From the NCBI GenBank assembly GCA_016212695.1, contig JACREX010000210.1, positions 912 to 64,911 of the forward strand: DNA of 64,000 nucleotides. Direction: 5' to 3'. The translations under genes were made by a program, and so were the position numbers. Of the stretch, positions 1 through 8,610 are shown in pieces (within the stretch, counting starts at the first letter, position 1; every line of letters starts with the position of its first letter). This stretch comes from Bacteroidia bacterium (GTDB lineage: Bacteria > Bacteroidota > Bacteroidia > Bacteroidales > GWF2-35-48). Below the pieces are notes generated by a model, which worked only from the letters and a program-made list of their open reading frames with translations, was not told the origin of the DNA and did not search any database.

Positions 1-752
1 GTTCCTGTGTTATAAAAATGAATGCCAATGGCGATACACTTTGGTCGCATATTTTAGGTGGTTCTTATGGCTATAGTATTATTCAAACATTAGATTCTGG
101 TTATGCAGTAAGTGGAAATGCGTCAAATTTTGGATTAATTTTTAAACTTGATTCTTTGGGCAATTCTCAATGGATTGATACTTTAAATCATATTAACCCG
201 AATAAAATTATATTAAGCACAGATAATTGCCTCATTGCATCAGGGTTTCATTGGATAAGTAGTGATATTAATACATATGATACTTGGTTAATGAAAATTA
301 ATATCTATGGAGATACTTTATGGTCAAAACAATTTGGTGTTGCAGGTCGTGATGAATCTAATTCTTTGGGACAGACTTCTGATAATGGGTTCATTATTAT
401 TGGCCGTAGACCTGAAGGGATGCGTGTTTTAAAAGTTAATGAAAACGGAGATTTGCTTTTGTCTGGTGATCTGAACTATTCCGATTGTCCGCCATTGCTT
501 TATAATTATCCAAACCCTTTTTCAGAGTCAACCACAATTTATTTTAGCAAAAACGAAACGGCAGATATTGAAACATCTGCAAATTTTGATGTTTACAATT
601 CAATGGGATTAAAAATCCTCAGTATAAAAATCTCCTTAAGCAGTTTAGAAAACGGTTATTTATTCAATGCTCACAACCTGCCCCCGGATATCTATTTCTA
701 TAAAATTAATCACAACAATAAAATTTTAACTAATAAAATGATAAAATTATGA
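1..752 (+). CDS. Secreted repeat protein with T9SS (Por) C-terminal sorting domain; 5' end lies outside the window
   Basis: The frame is open back to nt 3. It has repeated K-x-N-x-x-GD-x-LW blocks (beta-propeller-like). The C-terminus YNYPNPFSESTTIYF...DIYFYKI fits the Bacteroidota T9SS CTD pattern. The stop overlaps the next start (ATGA at 749). Confidence 0.6.
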   Translation, partial: SCVIKMNANGDTLWSHILGGSYGYSIIQTLDSGYAVSGNASNFGLIFKLDSLGNSQWIDTLNHINPNKIILSTDNCLIASGFHWISSDINTYDTWLMKINIYGDTLWSKQFGVAGRDESNSLGQTSDNGFIIIGRRPEGMRVLKVNENGDLLLSGDLNYSDCPPLLYNYPNPFSESTTIYFSKNETADIETSANFDVYNSMGLKILSIKISLSSLENGYLFNAHNLPPDIYFYKINHNNKILTNKMIKL

Positions 753-3700
753 AACGATTTTTTATTCTCTCTTTAATATTTCTGTTGCTGTTATCAGCAC
801 ACAAGAATTTTGCCGCATCGGTTTCTCTGCAAACCGCGCAGGCAGTAGCTATAGGTTGGTACACAAATTATGCACCTCCAAAAATAACCGATTACACGGT
901 GCTTAGTTCTCAAACCGTTCAATACAGTGGTATTAATACCTTGTATATTTTCAATTTTAATGCCGGGGGTTTTGTACTAATTTCTGCTGATGACCGTATG
1001 CCGCCCATATACGGCTATTCTTTTACCTACAAAGTTGACACAACCATTAGCGAACATGCTATTGCGTTGATAAACATGTATTCTGAGCGAAGTTATGTTG
1101 ATATAACAAATAATTATACCAACCCCAATGCTTCTACCGATTGGAGCAATGCCATAAATGGTATTTACACCAGGCAGACTCCTGAAAATTCTTTTGCTCC
1201 CTTGCTGGGAACAGCCCATTCATCAAGTTGGGCAACATGGTCACCTTACTTTACTGGTGCGCCAACATATCCGGCAGATCATCCCCTATTAACGTCTAAT
1301 AATCAAGGTTACTTTCCCGGAACTCAGGGCTGTGTACCTTTAGCTATGGCGCAAATAATGCGATACCATAAATTCCCAATTACTGGTTCCGGTAGCCATA
1401 CTGATAATGTTTCAAAAACGTATCTTTCAACAGAAACAAATTTGCCAGTAACTATTTCAGGCAGCTTTTCATGTGATTTTAGCGCTCAAACCTACAACTA
1501 CAACAACATGCCTTATGCGCTTACTTATGTTGCCGACCCTGACCATGGCTTTGATGAATTACCAGGTATCACCCAAGCCCAGAAGGACGAAGCAGGTAAG
1601 CTCACTTATCATGCAGGCATTGCCTGCGATATGCAATGGTGGGGAATTGGTGTTGATGGTTCACATACTCCTCAAAACTGGGCGACAGATTTAGAAACAC
1701 ACTTCAAATATTTACCAAATTGGCAATATATTACTCCAAATGGGGCAACACCTGACGGTTTTAAAGATGCTATTCGTAATGATATAAGAGCAGGCAGGCC
1801 TGTTTTGTTCAGATACAATTCTCATTGCATAGTGATGGATGGATTTGAATTATTAAATTTTTTCCATAAAGTACACGGGGATGGTGGTTTTTTTGATGGG
1901 TATTTCTATTTATTTCCTGCTGATAATGATGGCATACACCAAATTCTCGGCACATCAAATTTACAAGCTGCAATTCATTTAGAGCCCAATCCATGCGAAG
2001 TGAATGCATATTATACACAAGACTATAATTTTTATGGAGGAAGTCTGGTGTTTTGGAACCCGATTAACAGTAAAAGGGGTGTAAATACAATTCATGTTTA
2101 TACTGGCGCTCAGTTAACGATAAATACAGAAGTGTCTTTACTGTCAAATGCACAAATAATTGTTGAAAACGGAGGAATATTAAACTTGGGAAGCAATTGT
2201 AAACTTTATAACACATGTAATGATATTTGGTCAGGCAATCTAACTATAAAGGGTGGCGGAATAGTAAATATTCAAAACGGAGCTCAGATTTATTTGGGCG
2301 GCACAGGTAAAATAATCGTGGAAAGAGTAGGAAAATTAATAATTGATGGAGGGATACTTACATCTACAAGTTCAATGTGGCAGGGCATCGAAGTCTGGGG
2401 CAACCCAAACCTTGTACAGTCTGATGCAAACCAGGGCGTGGTTGAATTAATAAATGCTGCAACAATAGCAAATGCAGTTTGCGGCATATTTGCAGGTAAA
2501 TCAATTATTGATTCAGATGGTAATCCTGCCACAGACCCTGCATTTGCCGGTGGTATCGTTAAAGCAAATGGAGCAAAATTCATCAATAACCAAACCAGTA
2601 TTTCGATAAATAAATTTACTACAAATACAGCATTGAATTTTAGAAGTTATATCAAGTATTGCGAATTTGAATCAAATTCTTTAAATGTTTTTTCTTCGTT
2701 TGTATATCTTAGCGGTATAGATGTTATTAAAATAATCGGTAACACATTTACAAATACGAATTATTCAACCACAAATCCTGTCTCTAATGGTTTTGGTATT
2801 TTATCATTCGATGCGAATTTTAGTGTTTATGCCGGCATAGATAATATTACCGGAAATCCAAAACCAAATAAGTTTGTAAATCTTTTTTGTGGTATTCGTG
2901 CAATGTCTTCAAATGCGATGAAATCCTTCTCAGCGCAAGGATGTGAATTTATAAATATTTCTGCCGGTATTTTTAGTACAGGAGTTAATTATGCAAGAAT
3001 AAAGTCAAATATATTTGATATTGGTTTACCTTATGAGTTTTTTTCTATGCAAAATCCTGGTATGGGATTATATTATCGGGGTACAGGTTTTACAATCGAA
3101 GATAACGAATTTTCATCCACGCATAACGGCGCTATTGGTTGTATCTTTTCAGGAACAGGTTCAACTTCCAATGTGATTTACAGGAATAGATTTCAAAATA
3201 TAGGAGTTGGGATACAGGCGCAAAAACTTTCAAACACTGTTTCAAACAGCGGTTTGCAAATCAAATGCAACAAATATATTTCCGACATGACGTATGCTGA
3301 TGTTGCGGTAGCATCAGGCGCAATAGGAAACCCGCAGGGCTTATGCGGCTCAATGACAACAACGGCAAATAATTTATTCAGTCATACCTCAAACGGTGTT
3401 CATAAAGATATTTGGGTGAATCCTGATGTAAATCCAATTATATATAGATATTATCAGGTAGGCCCTCAATCGTATACTCAGGGAAAAGTAATGCCATGGG
3501 ATTGCGCAAATGTCCATCTTCCGGCTTTTGACTATAATACAGCCTGCCCATCCACTTTAGGAACAAGTCCTAACCCTACTAATTTAATCACACGCATCGC
3601 AACCAGCAACCAGCAACTAACAATTCTTTCTTCTACAATAGACGGCGGCAACACTCAAAACCTTTTAAACAAAATTTACTCCAACATGTCGCCCGGTAAT

Positions 3701-4324
3701 CTTAAAAATGCCCTGCTTGCGCCCGGCCCTTATCTGACAGACACAGTGCTGATAGCAACCATCAAACGGCCAAGCTCGTTGCCTCCCGGGATACTCAAAA
3801 ATATTATTGTTCCCAACAGCCCCGTTACCGCCAAAGTAATGACAGCCTTAAACACCGTGAACCTGCCAGCCGGAATAAAAGCCGATATACAGGCAGTACA
3901 AACCGGCACATCCGCAAGAGCAATTTTAGAACAGCAGATTTCCGAATTAAAACAGGAAAAAGATTTTAGCGTTTCAGAACTCATGCGTTATTATCTGAAC
4001 GATTCCATTATAAAAATTGACAGCACAATACTTTTCCTCAAAACTCAAACAGATTTAGATTCAAAGAAACAACTTGTACAAGCATATTTATTGAAAAACG
4101 ATTGCAGCAATGCCTCCACAACATTAAATACCTTACCGCAACAAACCGCTGATGATATTGCTTTCAAACAATTCTACTCCATCATGACAACCCTCTGCAC
4201 ACAAAACAAAACCCTGTTTGAACTCACCCCTGCACAGTTGCAAACCATCACTTCAATTGCTGCCTCAACCACTTACAGCAGCAACAACAGATTTACAAGG
4301 CTATTTCAGATTCAAGTTCAATGA
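749..4324 (+). CDS. Peptidase C10 (streptopain/PrtT-like cysteine protease) with signal peptide, Spi-type propeptide and a long beta-helix-like region
   Basis: Signal peptide MKRFFILSLIFLLLLSAHKNFA. Catalytic Cys block GCVPLAMAQIMRYHKFP and His block SHCIVMDGF match C10 peptidases. There is no sorting domain before the stop. Confidence 0.75.
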   Translation: MKRFFILSLIFLLLLSAHKNFAASVSLQTAQAVAIGWYTNYAPPKITDYTVLSSQTVQYSGINTLYIFNFNAGGFVLISADDRMPPIYGYSFTYKVDTTISEHAIALINMYSERSYVDITNNYTNPNASTDWSNAINGIYTRQTPENSFAPLLGTAHSSSWATWSPYFTGAPTYPADHPLLTSNNQGYFPGTQGCVPLAMAQIMRYHKFPITGSGSHTDNVSKTYLSTETNLPVTISGSFSCDFSAQTYNYNNMPYALTYVADPDHGFDELPGITQAQKDEAGKLTYHAGIACDMQWWGIGVDGSHTPQNWATDLETHFKYLPNWQYITPNGATPDGFKDAIRNDIRAGRPVLFRYNSHCIVMDGFELLNFFHKVHGDGGFFDGYFYLFPADNDGIHQILGTSNLQAAIHLEPNPCEVNAYYTQDYNFYGGSLVFWNPINSKRGVNTIHVYTGAQLTINTEVSLLSNAQIIVENGGILNLGSNCKLYNTCNDIWSGNLTIKGGGIVNIQNGAQIYLGGTGKIIVERVGKLIIDGGILTSTSSMWQGIEVWGNPNLVQSDANQGVVELINAATIANAVCGIFAGKSIIDSDGNPATDPAFAGGIVKANGAKFINNQTSISINKFTTNTALNFRSYIKYCEFESNSLNVFSSFVYLSGIDVIKIIGNTFTNTNYSTTNPVSNGFGILSFDANFSVYAGIDNITGNPKPNKFVNLFCGIRAMSSNAMKSFSAQGCEFINISAGIFSTGVNYARIKSNIFDIGLPYEFFSMQNPGMGLYYRGTGFTIEDNEFSSTHNGAIGCIFSGTGSTSNVIYRNRFQNIGVGIQAQKLSNTVSNSGLQIKCNKYISDMTYADVAVASGAIGNPQGLCGSMTTTANNLFSHTSNGVHKDIWVNPDVNPIIYRYYQVGPQSYTQGKVMPWDCANVHLPAFDYNTACPSTLGTSPNPTNLITRIATSNQQLTILSSTIDGGNTQNLLNKIYSNMSPGNLKNALLAPGPYLTDTVLIATIKRPSSLPPGILKNIIVPNSPVTAKVMTALNTVNLPAGIKADIQAVQTGTSARAILEQQISELKQEKDFSVSELMRYYLNDSIIKIDSTILFLKTQTDLDSKKQLVQAYLLKNDCSNASTTLNTLPQQTADDIAFKQFYSIMTTLCTQNKTLFELTPAQLQTITSIAASTTYSSNNRFTRLFQIQVQ

Positions 4325-6707
4325 TTTGATTTTCCTTGACCAAAACGCAAAATACACCTTCGGCATCAAATCAGGTTCAGTTATTCCCCCTTCTCAAGGG
4401 GGAACACAAGGGGGTTCAGAGGGGGTTGTTCAAGATACCATTTTCAAAACCATCGAGCAATGGATTTCTGTAAGCCCGGTAACCCTCACGCTGAAAAAAC
4501 TCACGGCAGGTTTTATCAATGATACCGTTCAATGCTACAACGACACCGTTCATTTCACCAACAAAACCCTGTATGGCAAAACACCTTATACCTACAACTG
4601 GTCATTTGGCGATGGCGGTTTTCTTCCCCCTTCTCAAGGGGGAACACAAGGGGGTTTTGTCAGTCATAAATTCCCCTCCTCCGGTATCTTCCCCGTCACC
4701 CTAATCGCCACTGATGCTCTGGGTTGCAAAGACACTACAATAAAGCAAATTATCATTCCCGAATGCCCCGGTATTTATGGCTATCTTAGCGAGCATGCCG
4801 AATGCGGCGGTTCCCCTGTTATCGGTGATACTCTCTATTTTGTTGATGAATTCGGAAATACTTACGATACTATTTTTGCTGTTACTAATACCACAGGCCA
4901 GTTTACTTTTAATATGTCAAAAGTAAACCAGCTTGACACAACCTATAATTATTCCTTTAAGATTAAAAGCGGTTACGGAATATCACAGATACAATGCAAC
5001 CCAATTAGTTACTGGAAAAATTCATCGCCGCTTTCTTTCATAACCGATCATAAAGAATATTGGACAAGAGATTTTAATATATCCGACAGCGCAATATGTT
5101 CCAATAGTATCATAGACTTAGACCGTAATATTTATGTTGCAGGCACAGCATATTATCCCGGCACAAAACGCGATTATATGCTTATTAAATACAACCCTGT
5201 CGGCGATGAACTCTGGCATATCTCTTACAACCCGACTGGTTTCGGCGATTATACATTAACCGATATGAAAGCCGACAAATCCGGTAACATCATTCTCACA
5301 GGCAAAGGCGATGATGGCGCTGTTACAGCTAAAATTAATACGTCCGGTTCAATAGTTTGGTCAAACACATGGACAGACGATTATTATTTTGGGAGTTCCG
5401 GTTATCTTGCTATTGATACGCTGAATAATATTTACGTCGCTTCTAATGTACTTGACCCTTCCAATCAGTTCTATTTCGCATTAACCAAGTATAATAGCAG
5501 TGGTGAAAAACTTTGGAGCAATGTATATAATACCACATCTATGGTTGTTCGGAATATTATAATAGATAAACTGGGAAATGTAATTGTGTTATGCAACCAG
5601 TCAGTTGATGGAAGTTATATTTTCAAAAATAATTCATCTGGCGTTTTACTTTGGTCTGTGGTTAATTCAAGTAATCTTTTAAAAGCTACTGTCGGAAATG
5701 ACAATTCGGTTTATGCCACTGGTTCGACGATTACGACTAATAACTGGACAGCAATTATTACCGTAAAATATACATCCGCAGGTAGCTCAGAATGGACACA
5801 AACCTATAATTATGAATCTTCACACGTAAATCAATCTGATAATATTCTTGTAGATAAAGACGGCAATATTATTGTTGGTGGTATTGTTACATATTATTCA
5901 ACACAAGGCACAAATGTATATCTTTTACCCAATCGCTATTCAATTATAAAATATAATCCGTCTGGTTCTCAAATCTGGCTAAACTCATTTAGTTTGAATT
6001 CCACGGCAGAAGTTGTTTCACCTCTTTTATCTATGGTGTCAGATATTGCAGGAAATATCTACACAGCGGGTACAAAACAATTTATAGTTACGCTGCCAAG
6101 AACTGGAACTAAGAAAATTTATAATCAGTTCCTCACTGCTAAATTTAATAGCGAAGGTTCATTTGAATGGCTCGAATCCGTTAATACAAACCGGGCTGAT
6201 TACTCTTACCCGCCTGATTTAATTGTAAGCGATAATGAAAATATTTATGTAACCGGAATAACAACCCTTAATGGAGTATATACAATTAAATACGTACAAT
6301 GTCCCTCAAATGCAAATAATGCACGCTATTCACATGCCGGTGATAATACTAATAACTCAACCACAAACGAACAATCGAACAATGAACAATTGAACAACAA
6401 ACACCAAACTTCAAACTCAAAACTTCAAACCTCAAACGAGTTTGTTACAATGTTCCCCAACCCCAACGACGGCAATTTTTATTTCAATTATAATATCCTT
6501 CCCCCTTCTCAAGGGGGAACACAAGGGGGTTCATGCCGCTTTGCTGTATTCGACCAAATCGGGAAGAAAATTTACGATATAGAAATAAAATCCGGCAAAA
6601 ACACAGTCATGATTAATCATAACAATTTCAGCAACGGAGTTTATTACTATCAGGTAACAGCCGGAAACCGTTTAGTTAAAACCGAAAGGCTTGTAATCAC
6701 AAAATAA
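4218..6707 (+). CDS. PKD domain + SBBP-type beta-propeller repeats + T9SS C-terminal sorting domain; probably the frameshifted C-terminal continuation of the C10 protease ORF (true start unclear)
   Basis: No signal peptide at the ORF-track start. PKD signature YNWSFGDG...H..P..G.FPVTLIATD. Many Y.AG/..KYN..G..LW repeats. C-terminal FPNPNDGNFYF...YYYQV...LVITK CTD. It overlaps the upstream ORF by 107 nt in the +1 frame. Confidence 0.6.
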   Translation: MNSPLHSCKPSLQLLPQPLTAATTDLQGYFRFKFNDLIFLDQNAKYTFGIKSGSVIPPSQGGTQGGSEGVVQDTIFKTIEQWISVSPVTLTLKKLTAGFINDTVQCYNDTVHFTNKTLYGKTPYTYNWSFGDGGFLPPSQGGTQGGFVSHKFPSSGIFPVTLIATDALGCKDTTIKQIIIPECPGIYGYLSEHAECGGSPVIGDTLYFVDEFGNTYDTIFAVTNTTGQFTFNMSKVNQLDTTYNYSFKIKSGYGISQIQCNPISYWKNSSPLSFITDHKEYWTRDFNISDSAICSNSIIDLDRNIYVAGTAYYPGTKRDYMLIKYNPVGDELWHISYNPTGFGDYTLTDMKADKSGNIILTGKGDDGAVTAKINTSGSIVWSNTWTDDYYFGSSGYLAIDTLNNIYVASNVLDPSNQFYFALTKYNSSGEKLWSNVYNTTSMVVRNIIIDKLGNVIVLCNQSVDGSYIFKNNSSGVLLWSVVNSSNLLKATVGNDNSVYATGSTITTNNWTAIITVKYTSAGSSEWTQTYNYESSHVNQSDNILVDKDGNIIVGGIVTYYSTQGTNVYLLPNRYSIIKYNPSGSQIWLNSFSLNSTAEVVSPLLSMVSDIAGNIYTAGTKQFIVTLPRTGTKKIYNQFLTAKFNSEGSFEWLESVNTNRADYSYPPDLIVSDNENIYVTGITTLNGVYTIKYVQCPSNANNARYSHAGDNTNNSTTNEQSNNEQLNNKHQTSNSKLQTSNEFVTMFPNPNDGNFYFNYNILPPSQGGTQGGSCRFAVFDQIGKKIYDIEIKSGKNTVMINHNNFSNGVYYYQVTAGNRLVKTERLVITK
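4384..4416 (+). repeat. 33-nt palindromic element, copy 1 (TTCCCCCTTCTCAAGGGGGAACACAAGGGGGTT), in frame, encodes PPSQGGTQGG
   Basis: Exact string match to the copies at 4624 and 6499. CCCCCTT can pair with either of two AAGGGGG arms. Confidence 0.9.
4624..4656 (+). repeat. 33-nt palindromic element, copy 2, inside the GDG...H loop of the PKD domain
   Basis: Exact 33-nt identity with copies 1 and 3, in the same codon phase. The flanks are unrelated. Confidence 0.9.
6499..6531 (+). repeat. 33-nt palindromic element, copy 3, inside the T9SS C-terminal domain
   Basis: Exact 33-nt identity with copies 1 and 2, in the same codon phase. The flanks are unrelated. Confidence 0.9.
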
Positions 6708-6848
6708 TATGTCAAAATCATACATCTGACATAGATATGCAAACCACTGCTGCTTTGTGTGCAGGCGCGTCCACGAACGGCGCGGAAGACAAATTTTCAG
6801 GCCATAACATAAAAAAAAATAAAAAATTCTTTTCTTCACAAAAAACAG

Positions 6849-6856
6849 TATATTTG
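6849..6856 (+). promoter_or_regulatory. Candidate Bacteroidota -7 promoter box (TATATTTG = TAnnTTTG)
   Basis: Motif match only. It lies in an A-rich intergenic stretch, 14 nt upstream of the 21-bp repeat array. Confidence 0.3.
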
Positions 6857-6869
6857 TATCGAAAACTTG

Positions 6870-7142
6870 ACCGCTAGCATAAGAAACATAACCTATAGCA
6901 TGATTAATACGTCCAATAGAATGGAAAACACGACCAATAGCATGAAAAACCTGGCCAATAGCATCAAAAACACGACCCCTGGCATGAATAACATAACCGC
7001 TGGAGCGAATAACATAACTGCCCGCATGAGTAATATATCTGCTAGCATGAAAAACACGACTGCTAGCATGAAAAACACGACTGTTAGCATAAAAAATACA
7101 ACCGGTAGCATAAATAACACGACCGCTGGCATGGTAAATCCA
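6870..7142 (+). repeat. Tandem array of 13 x 21 bp (consensus ACCGCTAGCATGAAAAACACG); open in the + frame as a T-A-S-M-K-N-T heptad
   Basis: The units were read out one by one with no spacers. ORF 6867-7172 (+) and ORF 6893-7132 (-) are both open across the array. Confidence 0.9.
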
Positions 7143-7176
7143 AAATCACTAATCCTAAATCCTAAATTTTAAAAAT

Positions 7177-8079
7177 ATGAACAATACACAACGAGCTAAA
7201 TTAGATTCTTATGACAGAATCAATGAATTTAATGTAAATCATGCAGGCGATGTAGCTTCCATACCCGACTATGCTGCCGAGCAGGGAAAGTTTGAAACAG
7301 ATGTAACTGCAATAAAAAAATCTGCCGCCGCCCAGGAGCAGGATACTAAAGGTAACAAAACGGCAAGCGAAATGGCAAAAGCCGTCATGGCAAACGCAGT
7401 CATAAAATATAGCCTGCGTGCAGCCGCAAAAGCCCGCATAACAGGTAATACAGCGCTTGCCAAACAATTGGAAACGCCTTATTCCTATATCTACAGGGCC
7501 CCTAAAACCACGGCATTACAGCGGGCAAAGAATACGCGCGATGCTATAAATAATAATCTCACTTTGTTCAGCGCTGTCACATCCGGTAATATTACCGAAA
7601 TAGATAATGCAATTACCGCGTATGAAACCATAAAAGACAGCCCCACCCAGGCTAAACAAACTAAAAAAGCCGCAGGCACCGACCCCTTGCACGATTATTT
7701 TAAACATGCCGACGAGGCGCTGGATAATATGTACGACCTCGTATTAAGTTATTATAGCGATACCAAACCTGCAATGGTAAATGAAATGACGCTTGCCAGG
7801 CAAATTTTGAACACAGGTATAAGAACAACCGGCGTAACGTTTAAAACCATTGCCGAAGAAAATAATGAGGTTATTTTAAATGCTTCCGTTACCGATATAA
7901 GCAACGGAAAAGTCTATACTGCCAACGACCATGGATTAATACATATTGATAAACATCGCTCTGGTCATTTCCATTTTACCGTGGCAGCCCCGGACAGGAT
8001 AAAAGTGGATTTTTCAGCCGACATCAAGCAGGGCATGAATAATGAGTTTAACGTAAAACTCCAAAAAACCAAAATCTGA
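7177..8079 (+). CDS. Hypothetical protein: helical Ala/Lys-rich N-terminal half, beta-sandwich-like C-terminal ~90 aa, no signal peptide
   Basis: A 300-aa ORF starting 34 nt after the repeat array. No family was recognised. Confidence 0.5.
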   Translation: MNNTQRAKLDSYDRINEFNVNHAGDVASIPDYAAEQGKFETDVTAIKKSAAAQEQDTKGNKTASEMAKAVMANAVIKYSLRAAAKARITGNTALAKQLETPYSYIYRAPKTTALQRAKNTRDAINNNLTLFSAVTSGNITEIDNAITAYETIKDSPTQAKQTKKAAGTDPLHDYFKHADEALDNMYDLVLSYYSDTKPAMVNEMTLARQILNTGIRTTGVTFKTIAEENNEVILNASVTDISNGKVYTANDHGLIHIDKHRSGHFHFTVAAPDRIKVDFSADIKQGMNNEFNVKLQKTKI

Positions 8080-8188
8080 CCTGAAACCTGTCACATTGAC
8101 GCATGCACTAAAGGTGTTCACGCACACGTGGCTCACGCCAAGTTCGACTGTTCGGTGTTTTGTTTTTAATTAACCCAAAATTCATCAA

Positions 8189-8599
8189 ATGAGAAAAAAA
8201 GTTTATATGTTATTAATATTCGTTTTATTGATTGCGGCAAAGTCTTTTACTCAGAATACCTTGCCTGCAGGCAGGCAGGTTGATCTTGTTGACAAAAGAG
8301 CGCTGAAAATTTATACCATGGATCAGATCAATGAAATGCCCTATTATAAAATTCTTCAGATCAATTATCTTTACATCTCTTCCTATATTATCCCCGACGA
8401 AATGAAAGGCGTCATCAGTCCGGCCGATATTGATATGACTCAATATTTTTTACACAGAAAAGAAAAGGAACGCGTTACGGTGGATCTTGGCATCAACGGT
8501 GAAAAGCGAACCGGAAAATATATTATATTGTTATCATTTCAGGAGGTTAACCTGGCATTTAAAGATATTGAAAATAATAATTGCAATAATAAAAAGTAA
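8189..8599 (+). CDS. Small secreted hypothetical protein
   Basis: Signal peptide MRKKVYMLLIFVLLIAAKSFTQ. 136 aa. It ends 11 nt before the giant adhesin gene. Confidence 0.5.
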   Translation: MRKKVYMLLIFVLLIAAKSFTQNTLPAGRQVDLVDKRALKIYTMDQINEMPYYKILQINYLYISSYIIPDEMKGVISPADIDMTQYFLHRKEKERVTVDLGINGEKRTGKYIILLSFQEVNLAFKDIENNNCNNKK

Positions 8600-8610
8600 T
8601 TGAAGATTTT

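Noticed and set aside
6893-7132. Minus-strand ORF encoding a hydrophobic heptad (MLxVVFF)n
   Set aside because: It is open only because the repeat unit lacks stops in that frame. The third-position variation pattern fits the + frame better, so it is treated as a mirror artefact of the repeat.
6870-7142. Could the 21-bp array be a CRISPR array?
   Set aside because: The units are directly adjacent with no unique spacers. They are degenerate rather than identical, and no cas genes are nearby. It is a minisatellite or heptad repeat, not CRISPR.
6740-8160. Possible inverted repeats (GTGTGC...TTCAGG) flanking the repeat array and ORF 7177, suggesting an invertible or mobile cassette
   Set aside because: Only the short end motifs match. 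The 30-40 nt between them do not align by eye, which fits chance similarity.
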